Virus record (IMG/VR): IMGVR_UViG_3300046786_000191
Coordinates: 1 to 62,494 of that record
DNA: 62,494 nucleotides
From: a virus
Lineage: Duplodnaviria > Caudoviricetes
Direction: 5' to 3' (one strand)
The translations under genes and the position numbers were made by a program. The first letter of the stretch is position 1, and every line of letters begins with the position of its first letter. Under the pieces are notes generated by a model. It made no database searches and was not told the DNA's origin. It saw only the letters and a program-made list of their open reading frames with translations. Positions 45,551 to 55,403 of this stretch are shown one piece after another.

Positions 45551-46050
45551 TTCTTGCTCCAGCTGCGTGAGCCAAACCAGAAACCAATAATACCGCCAAG
45601 CATTGCCATTTCGTCCGTGGAAAAGATAATGTCAGATAGGCGAACCAAGTCATCCATATTGATGACCAACTGCGGGTTGTTGTAAACGTAGAACGCTAGC
45701 CAAGCATTGATGGCACAGAGTTCAAGGATAAAAATGTAAGTTACTGTTGGGCGAACCGTGCCGATGTAGCTGGCCACCCAAGTACTAGCTTTAGCCAAGA
45801 CAGCTTTGTCATGGTCATACGCAGCTACCGTCATCTGGGCATCTGTCTGCATGGAAATCTGATCCGTGCGCAGTTCTTCAATCTTTTGCTGGGAGGCAAA
45901 GCCTTGCGCCAGCATCTGAAGTTCTTTGTCTGCCTGTACACGGGCAAGTGCAAGCTCATGGGCTTGGTCAGATTTATTCTGGAAGTACGCCAGTAGTTTA
46001 GGCAAACCTGAAATCAGCAGGCCACCAAGGGTTGAAAATAATGAAAGCAT
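45547..46050 (-). CDS. Putative holin-like membrane protein
   Basis: Three hydrophobic segments; VRPTVTY, IIGFWFGSR; coupled to the lysozyme gene. Confidence 0.65.
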   Translation of the reverse strand: MLSLFSTLGGLLISGLPKLLAYFQNKSDQAHELALARVQADKELQMLAQGFASQQKIEELRTDQISMQTDAQMTVAAYDHDKAVLAKASTWVASYIGTVRPTVTYIFILELCAINAWLAFYVYNNPQLVINMDDLVRLSDIIFSTDEMAMLGGIIGFWFGSRSWSKK

Positions 46051-46199
46051 TACAGTCCTAACATCTTTAAAAATTTACCAACAATTTTGTCTGACAAATC
46101 GTTGGGCAGGAAGCGGAGAAACCCAAGCACCCACCAAGCCACGCACATACGCACAAAGATCTTGAGGAAGAGGTCAAACTGTTTCTGGTACTCATTCAC
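46050..46199 (-). CDS. Small membrane protein (49 aa), not in the ORF track
   Basis: GTG start; MNEYQKQFDLFLKIFVRMCVAWWVLGFLRFLPNDLSDKIVGKFLKMLGL; coupled on both sides. Confidence 0.6.
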   Translation of the reverse strand: MNEYQKQFDLFLKIFVRMCVAWWVLGFLRFLPNDLSDKIVGKFLKMLGL

Positions 46200-46696
46200 C
46201 GACCGCACCTTGCTTTGGCGCACATATCGCCAATCTCAGATATGCCAAACGCTACCAACGCAACCACAAACACCATAGCCAGACCACCGATCAGCCATGC
46301 CATCTGTTCTTCTTCGGCTTCCTTGGCTTTCTGCGCTTCCAGCTTCAACGCCTTCATTTCTTTAGCGTCGGCCAAATCCATCTCAGCTTGACGGGCTTTG
46401 ATCTTGTTCCAGACATCAATCTTGCCGGTCTGCATAAACAGCATCTTCAGCTCTTCTTCAAACGCACGAGCCTGCTCAAGCGCCATCTCAATCTGAAGCG
46501 CGGTTCCCATGTTGGAACCCTTTTTATCCGCCTTTGCTTGGAGCATTGCCTTGGTAGCTTGGCTCTTCGCATCAAACATCTTGCCCAGCATAGGGGCAAG
46601 ACCGCCTAGGTCATTGGCAACCTTGCTTGCCTTCTTGACCATGTTGATGGCACTTTGAAGTCCATCTAATGCTGCTATGGGATCTATTGGGATCAT
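46196..46696 (-). CDS. Coiled-coil protein with a C-terminal transmembrane helix
   Basis: MIPIDPIAALD...; hydrophobic C-terminal segment. Confidence 0.7.
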   Translation of the reverse strand: MIPIDPIAALDGLQSAINMVKKASKVANDLGGLAPMLGKMFDAKSQATKAMLQAKADKKGSNMGTALQIEMALEQARAFEEELKMLFMQTGKIDVWNKIKARQAEMDLADAKEMKALKLEAQKAKEAEEEQMAWLIGGLAMVFVVALVAFGISEIGDMCAKARCGR

Positions 46697-46785
46697 GACC
46701 ACATCCAAAGAATCGTGAATGCCCCCCACGCAATGAAGGCGACAATACAGGCTGCAACGATTACCGCTTCAGCCCAGTACTGCAT
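46693..46785 (-). CDS. Small membrane peptide (30 aa), not in the ORF track
   Basis: MQYWAEAVIVAACIVAFIAWGAFTILWMWS; ATGA overlap. Confidence 0.5.
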   Translation of the reverse strand: MQYWAEAVIVAACIVAFIAWGAFTILWMWS

Positions 46786-46787
46786 GA

Positions 46788-47129
46788 TTATGCGTTCAGT
46801 GCATCCAAACGATCCCATGCCCAGTCAGCCGCAGCAGACGGATCAAAAGGGATTGTGGCCGTAGGATCACCGGGGTTTGCTGGGTCAGGTTGTGTCCAGT
46901 TTGCACCCACTGTTGTCAAATACGCCAACAGGTCAGCTTTGGTTGCAATAGCTTCAGCGTCACCGATGTCATCGGTTTCAGAGATGCCAACCATAACCAT
47001 GTCACGGGGGCTAGGGGTGCTAGGGTCAGCAACCACATACACACCGCCAACACCTTCAGCGTGTAAGCAGAGGAATGTAGGGACTGTGCCGTCAGCGGCC
47101 AAACGATACTTCATCATGCGATGTGCCAT
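46788..47129 (-). CDS. Hypothetical protein
   Basis: 113 aa, AAGGAG RBS. Confidence 0.7.
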   Translation of the reverse strand: MAHRMMKYRLAADGTVPTFLCLHAEGVGGVYVVADPSTPSPRDMVMVGISETDDIGDAEAIATKADLLAYLTTVGANWTQPDPANPGDPTATIPFDPSAAADWAWDRLDALNA

Positions 47130-47131
47130 TT

Positions 47132-47842
47132 TTATGCTCCTTGGGCGTACTGCCCGCTAAAAAGATATGCGCCAAAGTGTCCAAGTTCGCACCAAGGTGC
47201 AGCCCAGACGGTTCCACCGTGTTCACGGTACAAGTGGCAGAAGTTGTAGTCCTCAGACAGAAGCTCGTGGTCGTAGTTCTGTACCTTGAAGTAGTCGTAC
47301 ACCTTCTCGCCTTTGGGGATAGTTACACCCCCGTTGTCATACCAGCCCACATGAGGCTGTAGTTTCTCAAAAACATCGCGGCGGATCAACATAAATCCAG
47401 TGCCAATATGCTTTACTTGAAACGGCAAGTCTGGGCTAATCATCTCGTGACCGTCCAGCTTGTTTAAATTGAAAATGCCCGTCAGCTTGTGCAGGGCAGG
47501 ATGGTTCAGAACAGCGCCTTGACGAACCCTGTCCCAGTTAATCCCCTTCATAGGGACTGGGCCACCCACAATACCTTTGTCAGCTTTAATCATTCGGGCA
47601 ATGTCGTTTGCCAAGAACTTCTGGTCAGCGTCAATAAAGATCAGGTGGGTTGCGTCCTGCATCTGCATGAAGTGGTGCGCGATGGTGTTTCTGCCACGTT
47701 GCACCAAACTTTCGTTCCCAAGGAATATGCACGTTAGCTTGATGTTGTTCATCAGGCAGGCTTCCTTGAGCGCCAGCAGGGACTCCGTGTACTCAGTACA
47801 CATCATCCCCCCATAACATGGTGTGCCGACAACTAGGTGCAT
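47132..47842 (-). CDS. Glycosyltransferase-like protein (GT-A fold)
   Basis: VGTPCYGG, RGRN, THLIFIDAD (DxD), GTGFMLIRR, LSEDYNFC. Confidence 0.7.
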   Translation of the reverse strand: MHLVVGTPCYGGMMCTEYTESLLALKEACLMNNIKLTCIFLGNESLVQRGRNTIAHHFMQMQDATHLIFIDADQKFLANDIARMIKADKGIVGGPVPMKGINWDRVRQGAVLNHPALHKLTGIFNLNKLDGHEMISPDLPFQVKHIGTGFMLIRRDVFEKLQPHVGWYDNGGVTIPKGEKVYDYFKVQNYDHELLSEDYNFCHLYREHGGTVWAAPWCELGHFGAYLFSGQYAQGA

Positions 47843-48660
47843 TATTTGTTTTCCAACTGAGGTGTGTTGGTCAGGGACGTAGGATCAAACACAGAGAAGC
47901 CACGGCGAGCGGCAAACGTCTCAGGGTCTTTTTCCCACTTGTCAGCACAAGCTTCTAACCAGCGCATGGTCATCTCGTGCGTTGGGGCTTGGCCGTTGGA
48001 GATAAGCTGGTTCTCCATGTTCAGGTAGGCAAACACTTCTGCCTGCGCTTGAGCAGCGTTGATACCCAAGTCAAACAAATAGATTAGGTTGCCTTCGTCA
48101 ATCATGCCGTTGCGTGAACGTGCAGCGTTTAAAGCCTGCTTCATACAGGTCATGATGTGATAACGAGCTTCTTCCTTCTCGTAGTCTTCCTCGGTGATTT
48201 CGTTTTTGCCAACCGCTTCCAGCAACTGGGAGTGTTGGTTGACCATGAAGTTCATCTTACGGATAGCGCCATTGACTGCATTCTGTGTGCCGTCAAGGTG
48301 TGAGCCAAGCTCAAGAATCTCAATCTCAAGCATTTCGCGGTCAAGTGCGTCAGTGCAGGCATCCAGTTCGGCCTGCTTCTTTTTCATCTCAACCTGCTTT
48401 TTACGCATATTGATGTAGGCTTCTTGCAGGGCTGCTCGAGTGCGATCAATTTCAGCAAGTGTGTGTTTTATGCTACGGATTGGGGTGATGGCAGTAACGT
48501 CCAAGGTCACTTGCATGAACTGCGAATGGCTCTTATGGAAGTTGCTGGTGTCACGCACCACCGCTGGCATCTTAGCGTCAATGTTGCTCAACATGACGTT
48601 GTACTCAGGCTTTACAGTGGTTAAAGCCGTGTTGATGTTGCTGATGATTAAGTCGTTCAA
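47842..48660 (-). CDS. Coiled-coil hypothetical protein
   Basis: 272 aa, TTG start after AAGGAG; heptad-rich centre. Confidence 0.75.
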   Translation of the reverse strand: MNDLIISNINTALTTVKPEYNVMLSNIDAKMPAVVRDTSNFHKSHSQFMQVTLDVTAITPIRSIKHTLAEIDRTRAALQEAYINMRKKQVEMKKKQAELDACTDALDREMLEIEILELGSHLDGTQNAVNGAIRKMNFMVNQHSQLLEAVGKNEITEEDYEKEEARYHIMTCMKQALNAARSRNGMIDEGNLIYLFDLGINAAQAQAEVFAYLNMENQLISNGQAPTHEMTMRWLEACADKWEKDPETFAARRGFSVFDPTSLTNTPQLENK

Positions 48661-48689
48661 GTGCTTCTCCTTTGTTGTTGGGAGTTACA

Positions 48690-50630
48690 TCATATCCCAC
48701 CGTGGCAGTTAGATGTGCATCCGGGTAACGAGTAAAGGCCCGGACTTAAGTCGCCAAAGTCCGTAGCATCGCCTGCTGAAGCAATTGTGATGTAGTTGAT
48801 TACATTAGCTTGACTAGAGCCAAAACCACCCATAAACAAACCACGGGTTGGGGAAGAAGTGCCAGCAAGTGAGTAGTTTGCAACGGGTAGATCACCAAAG
48901 TCAGTAGAATTGCCCGTAGAAGCAATTGTGACGTACTCCATTACATTTAGCGTGGTACCCCCAGTGGCAAAACCTGCACCAAACACGCCCCTAGTAGAAG
49001 AAGAGCATCCCGCAAAACGTGTTGTACCGTTGGAAAGATCACCAAAATAGGTTGAGTTTCCTGTCGATGCAATTGTTACGTACTGGATTACGTTGGAATA
49101 CCCACCATCATATCCGCCAGCTACAAGCCCACGAGTTGGGGATGCGCACCCAGCAGAGAAATTAACGGGGTTTAGCAAATCACCAAAGTCTGTGGCATTT
49201 CCAGCAGAAGCTATGGTTGCGTAATCAATAACATTTGTACGTGTTCCTGTAGAGCCGCCAGCAAACACGCCTCTTGTATCAGAAGAGAAGCTTGTTAACG
49301 TATCCCGCGCTACTGTTAAATCGCCAAAGTCGGTAGCATTACCCACAGAAGCAATGGTCACATAATCAATTACATTTGTAACAGGGCCATCAGCGTACCC
49401 GCCAGCAAACAACCCTCTGGTTGATGAGCCGCAAGCAGTCAAGCTGTACCGAGCTAAAGACAAGTTGCCAAACAAATACGAATTGCCTGTGGTAGCAATG
49501 TTGATGTACTGGAGTACCGATGTTGTAGTGTTTGTTGTAGATTGCTCACCACCACCCACAATTGCTATCTGTGAACTTGTTGGTGTGGGCTGAACCGCTT
49601 CAGCGGTTGAAGAGCACCCTGCTAAATATCGTGTTCCTGATAACAAATCTCCAAAGTCTGTACCATTACCAGTAGAAGCAATGGTTACGTACTGAATAGT
49701 GTTGTATAACACAAACTCTGATCCACCGGCAAAATATCCGTTAGTAGAAGATGCGCAACTTGCGCCTGCAAATGGTTTGGTTATTAAATCCCCAAAATCA
49801 GTGGCATTACCAGTAGAGGCAATGGTTACGTAATCTATGGTATTTTCGTAAGATGAGCCGTTAAAACCGCCGCCAAACAAACCCCTTGTATTAGAAGAAC
49901 ATCCAGCCGCACCTCCACGCGCTACCGTTAAATCTCCAAAGTCTGTAGAGTTGCCAGTAGATGCAATCGTGACGTACTCAATAGTGTTGGAAACGCCGGG
50001 CGAGCTTGTGTAATACCCTGCCGCCAATGCACGAGTACTAGATGATGCGGAAGCAGAATAAGCCCAGTTTGTAGAACTCAATCTGCCAAAATTTGTGGCA
50101 TTACCAGTGGTTGAAATAGTGATGTATTGAATTACACAACTGTATGTCCCCTGTTCTCCACCAAACACAAGCCCACGAACATTGTTGCCTGATGCAGAAA
50201 TTTGTGTACCTGTATTAGTAATCAAATCACCAAAGTCGGTAGCGTTGCCTGCGGTAGAAAAAGTTGAATAGTCAATAACGTTAGAGGTACTTCCACCTGT
50301 GTTTTGACCACCAAACCACACTGCGCGAATATTTGAAGATGCTGCGCCTAAATATTTTTTTCCTTCAGTAAGGTCGCCAAAATCTGTTGCATTGCCAGAA
50401 GTTGCCAACACAATACTTTGAATCACATTAAGCGTTGACGATCCATCGTTTCCTCCAGCAAACAAGCCAAGCGGCGCAAGATTACCAGCAGTGGGCCACA
50501 GCCCTTGCTTCTGCCAAAAGGCTACCTGATCCAGCGTCCACACACCGGGAGCCGCTCCGTTTTGATACGGCCCAGCAGGAGGTACAGGGACGGGTCTGAT
50601 GATGCCCGCGTTCCATGAAGATATTGACAT
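48690..50630 (-). CDS. Kelch-like repeat protein, 12 repeats (two beta-propellers)
   Basis: 12 copies of GLFAGG...IDYVTIASTGNATDFGDL. Confidence 0.75.
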   Translation of the reverse strand: MSISSWNAGIIRPVPVPPAGPYQNGAAPGVWTLDQVAFWQKQGLWPTAGNLAPLGLFAGGNDGSSTLNVIQSIVLATSGNATDFGDLTEGKKYLGAASSNIRAVWFGGQNTGGSTSNVIDYSTFSTAGNATDFGDLITNTGTQISASGNNVRGLVFGGEQGTYSCVIQYITISTTGNATNFGRLSSTNWAYSASASSSTRALAAGYYTSSPGVSNTIEYVTIASTGNSTDFGDLTVARGGAAGCSSNTRGLFGGGFNGSSYENTIDYVTIASTGNATDFGDLITKPFAGASCASSTNGYFAGGSEFVLYNTIQYVTIASTGNGTDFGDLLSGTRYLAGCSSTAEAVQPTPTSSQIAIVGGGEQSTTNTTTSVLQYINIATTGNSYLFGNLSLARYSLTACGSSTRGLFAGGYADGPVTNVIDYVTIASVGNATDFGDLTVARDTLTSFSSDTRGVFAGGSTGTRTNVIDYATIASAGNATDFGDLLNPVNFSAGCASPTRGLVAGGYDGGYSNVIQYVTIASTGNSTYFGDLSNGTTRFAGCSSSTRGVFGAGFATGGTTLNVMEYVTIASTGNSTDFGDLPVANYSLAGTSSPTRGLFMGGFGSSQANVINYITIASAGDATDFGDLSPGLYSLPGCTSNCHGGI

Positions 50631-51583
50631 TACGAAACTCCTCCGTGTGCATTGGATGTACCTGTGTTGCCATTTACAGCAAGGGTAAGATCACCAAAGT
50701 CAACAGCATTACCGGTGCTGTCAATTGTCACATATTCCATTGTGTTGTTGTAACTGCTAGGCAAAGCGCCGCCAGCAAATACCGCCCGTGTTGTGCTTGC
50801 ACTTGCACCAAAACGATACTGCGCAATAGAAAGATCGCCAAAGTCTGTGGCATTCCCCGTGGTTGCAATAGTTACATACTGAATGACATTTGTTGGTGTT
50901 GATCCACCAGCAATCAACGCTCTTGTACTATTTGAGCAACCTTCACAGTAAGTTAAGCTAGTCAATAAATCGCCAAAATCTGTTGCGTTGCCTGTTGTTG
51001 CAATTGTTACATAGTCGATAACGTTACTTGTGCCGCCAGAAAATAAACCTCTTGTAGACGAGCTACCTCCCGCGCCCGTGTAACGAGCAGAGGTTAATTC
51101 ACCAAAATTAGTTGTATCGCCAGTAGTGGCAATTGTGACGTAATAGATTGTATTGATTACACCACCGGCGGGGATGGAGTAGCCGCCACCAAACAAAGCT
51201 CTGGTTTGATTGGATAAACCAACCATGTCAAAAACAGCGGCGCTGTAGTTGCCAAAATTTGTTGCGCTTCCAGTAGAGGCAAAAGTGACATAGCACATGG
51301 CTCTAGTTATGCCAACAACGTTATCGTCACCACCAGTAAATATTGCCCTTGTAGAAGAAGATGCCGATGCCAAACTGGTTACAGCCGACAGCATATCTCC
51401 AAAGTCAGTTGCATTACCTGTACTGTCAATGTTAATGTAGTTAATAACATTTGTAGCCGTACCATACGATGGCGATCCGCCAGCAAAAAGCCCAATAGGA
51501 GCTACATAGTTAGGAGGCCATGTTCCCGCACCAACGGCTTGGTACTGCGCAGTGAGTGTCCATACACCTGAATAACTTGGCAT
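50630..51583 (-). CDS. Kelch-like repeat protein, 6 repeats
   Basis: 6 copies of the same repeat; N-terminal SGVWTL..WP module. Confidence 0.75.
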   Translation of the reverse strand: MPSYSGVWTLTAQYQAVGAGTWPPNYVAPIGLFAGGSPSYGTATNVINYINIDSTGNATDFGDMLSAVTSLASASSSTRAIFTGGDDNVVGITRAMCYVTFASTGSATNFGNYSAAVFDMVGLSNQTRALFGGGYSIPAGGVINTIYYVTIATTGDTTNFGELTSARYTGAGGSSSTRGLFSGGTSNVIDYVTIATTGNATDFGDLLTSLTYCEGCSNSTRALIAGGSTPTNVIQYVTIATTGNATDFGDLSIAQYRFGASASTTRAVFAGGALPSSYNNTMEYVTIDSTGNAVDFGDLTLAVNGNTGTSNAHGGVS

Positions 51584-52813
51584 TTATAAACCCCCGTGGC
51601 AGTTTGATGTGCCGCCTAAAAACTGAACAGCACTTATTAGATCACCAAAGTCTGTGGCGTTACCTTCAGAGGCAATCGTTACATAGTCCATAGTGTTTAT
51701 TTGTGTGCCAGATGAGTTTGTACCGCCAGCAAAAACACCTCTTGTTGGAGAAGAAGCGGTTCCCATTCTTATAACAAGCGTATTTAAATCACCAAAGTCT
51801 GTCGTATTGCCCGTGGACGCAATCGTGATGTACTCAATGTTGTTAACCGCCGCAGTAGTTGTGGCGCTAGTTGCGCCTCCTGCAAACAAACCTCTGGTGT
51901 TATTAGAGCAACCTGCAACCCATACTACAGATGGGCTTAAAGTACCAAACGATGTTGAATTTCCGGTTGAGGCAATAGTCACATACCCCATACCAGAAAG
52001 TGGAGAACTACCTTGATAGCCCCCAGCATACACGGCGCGGGTTGTTGAAGAGCAAGCACCCATGTCAGATAGCGTAACGCTAGTATCACCAAAATCAGTG
52101 GCGTTACCGGTTGTTGCGATGGTGACGTAGTCAATTACGTTTGTAAATCCGGGGCCGGTACTAGCGTTGTACCCAGCAAACTGCAAGCCTCTAGTCTCGT
52201 TTGAAGCACCGGACAAGCTGTATCTACCGTTAGCAGTCAATGTGCCAAAGTTAGTAGCGTTGCCCGTTGTTGTAATGGTGACGTAGTCAATTACATTAAA
52301 GAATACATTTCCGTATTCGCCACCAGCCCAGATAGCGCGAGTACTAGACGCATAGCACGCCAGCCCGTAACGCGCCACTGTTAAATCGCCAAAGTACTGT
52401 GTGTTACCTGTTGAACTTATTGAAACATACGATATGGTGTTAGATCGCGTACTTCCACCGGTCTGGCCGCCACCAAACATACCTCGCTGTAAAGATGGTG
52501 TTACGCTTCCACTTGATGCGCTGTACGCAGAAGGCCCGTAGCTGTTTGTAGCCCACACCGCAAAAGTGTAAGCTGTGCCGTTGGTCAATCCTGTGACTGT
52601 TACAGGGGAAGATGCCGCAGAACCTGTAAATGCACCGGGCGTTGAAATGGCCGTGTACGAGGTAATAGCCGAACCGCCCACATTTGACGGGGCAGTAAAG
52701 GCAACAGAAGCTGCCTCATTATCGCCCGTAGCCGTCCCAATGGTCGGTGCATTAGGGTTCTTCAGCGGATCATAGAAGGCTGAGATAAACCCAGCAGGAG
52801 GACGTAGTGGCAT
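51584..52813 (-). CDS. Fibronectin type III domain plus Kelch-like repeats (6)
   Basis: PNAPTIGTAT...VTGLTNGTAYTFAVWATN FN3 signature followed by 6 repeats. Confidence 0.8.
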   Translation of the reverse strand: MPLRPPAGFISAFYDPLKNPNAPTIGTATGDNEAASVAFTAPSNVGGSAITSYTAISTPGAFTGSAASSPVTVTGLTNGTAYTFAVWATNSYGPSAYSASSGSVTPSLQRGMFGGGQTGGSTRSNTISYVSISSTGNTQYFGDLTVARYGLACYASSTRAIWAGGEYGNVFFNVIDYVTITTTGNATNFGTLTANGRYSLSGASNETRGLQFAGYNASTGPGFTNVIDYVTIATTGNATDFGDTSVTLSDMGACSSTTRAVYAGGYQGSSPLSGMGYVTIASTGNSTSFGTLSPSVVWVAGCSNNTRGLFAGGATSATTTAAVNNIEYITIASTGNTTDFGDLNTLVIRMGTASSPTRGVFAGGTNSSGTQINTMDYVTIASEGNATDFGDLISAVQFLGGTSNCHGGL

Positions 52814-52825
52814 GATGCCCCCCTT

Positions 52826-53212
52826 TTATGGTGCGAGAGTTTCGTAGCTTACTGTGAAAGTCAACTTACTTGCTGTACCGCTGGTTGCCCACAATGTGCT
52901 TGCTTCGCCAGATACAGTGGTATCGAGCAAATACAACATCGTAGTCTTGTCGAGCATAATCAGAGTAGCGTCGGCTGGCACAGAGATTGTTGAGCCAAGA
53001 GCGCGGTAAGTTGTTCCATCAGCCAAGCGCAACTCAACTGTTGCGTCATACGCCGCAGTGCCGTCAATGTTGGACACTGTGATCTGGTTGATTTTTTGTA
53101 CAGCTCCAGTAGCTGGCGCAGTCACCAACGCGTTACGAGAAGTATCCGCAGGAGTGATTGAAACTGTGTGAGGCGTTGCTGTTGTGCAAGCGAGAATATT
53201 TGGTGCAGCCAT
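52826..53212 (-). CDS. Putative tail-associated protein
   Basis: 128 aa, beta-rich, in the tail module. Confidence 0.55.
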   Translation of the reverse strand: MAAPNILACTTATPHTVSITPADTSRNALVTAPATGAVQKINQITVSNIDGTAAYDATVELRLADGTTYRALGSTISVPADATLIMLDKTTMLYLLDTTVSGEASTLWATSGTASKLTFTVSYETLAP

Positions 53213-53221
53213 GATTGCTCC

Positions 53222-54007
53222 TTAGATGCTGTATAACATTGCGATTGTTGTGACCTGTGCTCTGGTCAGACCAGAAGCAGGCAGTGCTTGGAATGTGGGT
53301 AATGCGCCTGCGCCATTACTTGTCAACACGTATGTAGCTGTACCGGGGCCAGCCGAGGCTTGGAATGCTCCAGTACCTGTAGTGCCTGAAAACACCACGC
53401 TATAAGGCGTTGTTGAAGTGAGTCCAGTACCGCCGTATGCTGCACCCAAAGCGTTTGTGGGCGTCAGTGTGTTAGCAGTTAAGTTAGTACCATCAAAAGT
53501 CAAGTTGGCAGAACCTGCCAAGTTACCTGAACTGTTGTACTGAACCTGTGTGTTTGAACCGCCAGCCGATGCGCCTACGCGCACGTAATCTGTACCGTTG
53601 TACGCCACCAGAGCTTTATCGCCTACGGCAATCGTGACACCTGTTTGGCCGCTTGCTTTGATTGTGACTGAGCCACCTGTGGCGTCGTTAATCACCACAT
53701 ACGTTTTGCTGTAGCTTGGGCCTGTGATGACCTTAGTTGTAGTCAGCGTACCCGTCACACGAACAATCGCATGCTGAGCAGTCACTGTACCAGCGCCGGT
53801 CAGTGTAGACGTGATGTTAGAAGCCGCCGCATCGCCAGTAGTGTTTGCCAGAGTAACCGCGCCGTCGTTTGTCAGTGTCAGCGTAGCCGCAATAGCAAGG
53901 TTGGTGTATTGCGTAATACCGTTATTGACGGTATCGCCCCATGTGCCGGACAGCTCACCCTGTACTGGTAGAGCAAGTCCTAGTTGTCCCGTTGCGCCTG
54001 TAGTCAT
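53222..54007 (-). CDS. Putative tail fibre protein
   Basis: GELSGTWG, GGSNTQVQYN..G.LAGSANLTFDG, YGGTG fibre-like motifs. Confidence 0.6.
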   Translation of the reverse strand: MTTGATGQLGLALPVQGELSGTWGDTVNNGITQYTNLAIAATLTLTNDGAVTLANTTGDAAASNITSTLTGAGTVTAQHAIVRVTGTLTTTKVITGPSYSKTYVVINDATGGSVTIKASGQTGVTIAVGDKALVAYNGTDYVRVGASAGGSNTQVQYNSSGNLAGSANLTFDGTNLTANTLTPTNALGAAYGGTGLTSTTPYSVVFSGTTGTGAFQASAGPGTATYVLTSNGAGALPTFQALPASGLTRAQVTTIAMLYSI

Positions 54008-54016
54008 TTAAAACTC

Positions 54017-54814
54017 CTATGTCGTTGCAACCGGAGTCCAAGCTGCCGTTTGCGTGTTACCAATATTCTGCCAGTTTGCAGTCTGCGTGTCATCAATAAT
54101 TTCCCAAAAAGGTCGTGCAGTTATTGCGTCTGTGCCAGTTGCCAACTCAGTGATCGAAGAAATAAACACCGCTGCCGCTGTCAAAGTCTCTGCGCTTACC
54201 GCACTTTCCGTTACCGACGCATTAAAACCTGCTACCGCCGTTACTGCTTCTGTTCCCGTTGCGCTTTCAGTGACTGCCGCACTAATAGACAGACTGCCTA
54301 CTACCGTATCCGAACCTGTCGCTGACTCCGTAACAGTTCCAAAGAACGTGTAGCTCGACCCTGTAGCGTCAGTACCTGTGGCGCTCTCAGCAATTGCCGC
54401 TGCATAAACTGGCAAACTAGACACCGCATCCGATGCCGTCCCCGCCTCAGTTATTGTTGCAGGATATGTAGGTACGGATGTGTATGCCTCGCTACCTGTA
54501 GCCGCCTCAACTAACTGCGCTAAAACAACACTTCCGGTAAGTAGGAAGTCTGAACCTGTAGCTGTCTCAGTAACCGATACGCTAATTGTCAGCGCAGAAG
54601 TTACCGCATCTGTGATAACTGCCGATTCACCAAGACCGCCCCAAGAACCAGAACCCCATCCGCCGGAACCCCACGCCCCTCCAGCAACTTCAGCATTTAC
54701 TGTCCTCGTTGCTGAAACTACATCCGCGCCTGTGGCGTTCTCGTCAATGGAAGTATCGTAGCCGGAACCGCCCCAGCTTGATGCCCCCCAAGAACCAGAA
54801 CCCCACCCGGCCAT
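54017..54814 (-). CDS. Low-complexity repeat virion protein
   Basis: WGSGSWG repeats and ~19-aa VTESATGSD repeats. Confidence 0.65.
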   Translation of the reverse strand: MAGWGSGSWGASSWGGSGYDTSIDENATGADVVSATRTVNAEVAGGAWGSGGWGSGSWGGLGESAVITDAVTSALTISVSVTETATGSDFLLTGSVVLAQLVEAATGSEAYTSVPTYPATITEAGTASDAVSSLPVYAAAIAESATGTDATGSSYTFFGTVTESATGSDTVVGSLSISAAVTESATGTEAVTAVAGFNASVTESAVSAETLTAAAVFISSITELATGTDAITARPFWEIIDDTQTANWQNIGNTQTAAWTPVATT

Positions 54815-54815
54815 A

Positions 54816-55394
54816 TTAAGCCGCCAAGCTGAACTGGTAAGTCACAGACAAGGTGTCGCCGTTAACCACAGAGCGGTCGCCGGGAGAGCCAAAATCTGCC
54901 GCAGAGAATAAAGTACCCGTTGTGCCACCCTTGGTGTTGTTGCTTGTCAAGAACGCGCCGCCAACAGTCGTTGTGCCGTTGATGTTGAACGCTGCAGGTG
55001 AAGCGGCATTTGTGACAATAGAAGGATTAGCTGTTGTAGCCGTTGCAAAAGTAGCGGTAACGCGAGTCGCATTGCTGTACGCTGTGACTTCTGTCCAACC
55101 TGTGTGCGAAGACATGGTATCGCTAGCTGCAGGGGTGTTGGAAGCGCCAGCGCCATACAAGCCCAGATACCAAGTAGTAATTTGGGATACAGAAGTCAGC
55201 GCAGTGCCCGCCATATACTGAAGGCCGACGTTTACAACCAAGTTTTTAGACTCAGCAGTCCACTTCAAGTTGCCGTCTTTATCATGGCACTCGACATAGT
55301 ATTTACCGGTAGCTTGTGCAGCTTCGCCTGTTTTGGTGCCGCAAGTCAGACCACTAGAAACAACGTCAGTGGCTTTGGTTTTTTCAATAGTCAT
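54816..55394 (-). CDS. Putative tail-associated structural protein
   Basis: 192 aa; KNLVVNVG, WYLGL, WTEVTAY, GDTLSVTY. Confidence 0.6.
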   Translation of the reverse strand: MTIEKTKATDVVSSGLTCGTKTGEAAQATGKYYVECHDKDGNLKWTAESKNLVVNVGLQYMAGTALTSVSQITTWYLGLYGAGASNTPAASDTMSSHTGWTEVTAYSNATRVTATFATATTANPSIVTNAASPAAFNINGTTTVGGAFLTSNNTKGGTTGTLFSAADFGSPGDRSVVNGDTLSVTYQFSLAA

Positions 55395-55403
55395 GTTGAC
55401 TCC

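Noticed and set aside
48690-52813. Diversity-generating retroelement
   Set aside because: No reverse transcriptase and no template/variable repeat pair differing only at adenines; the repeats are protein blades.
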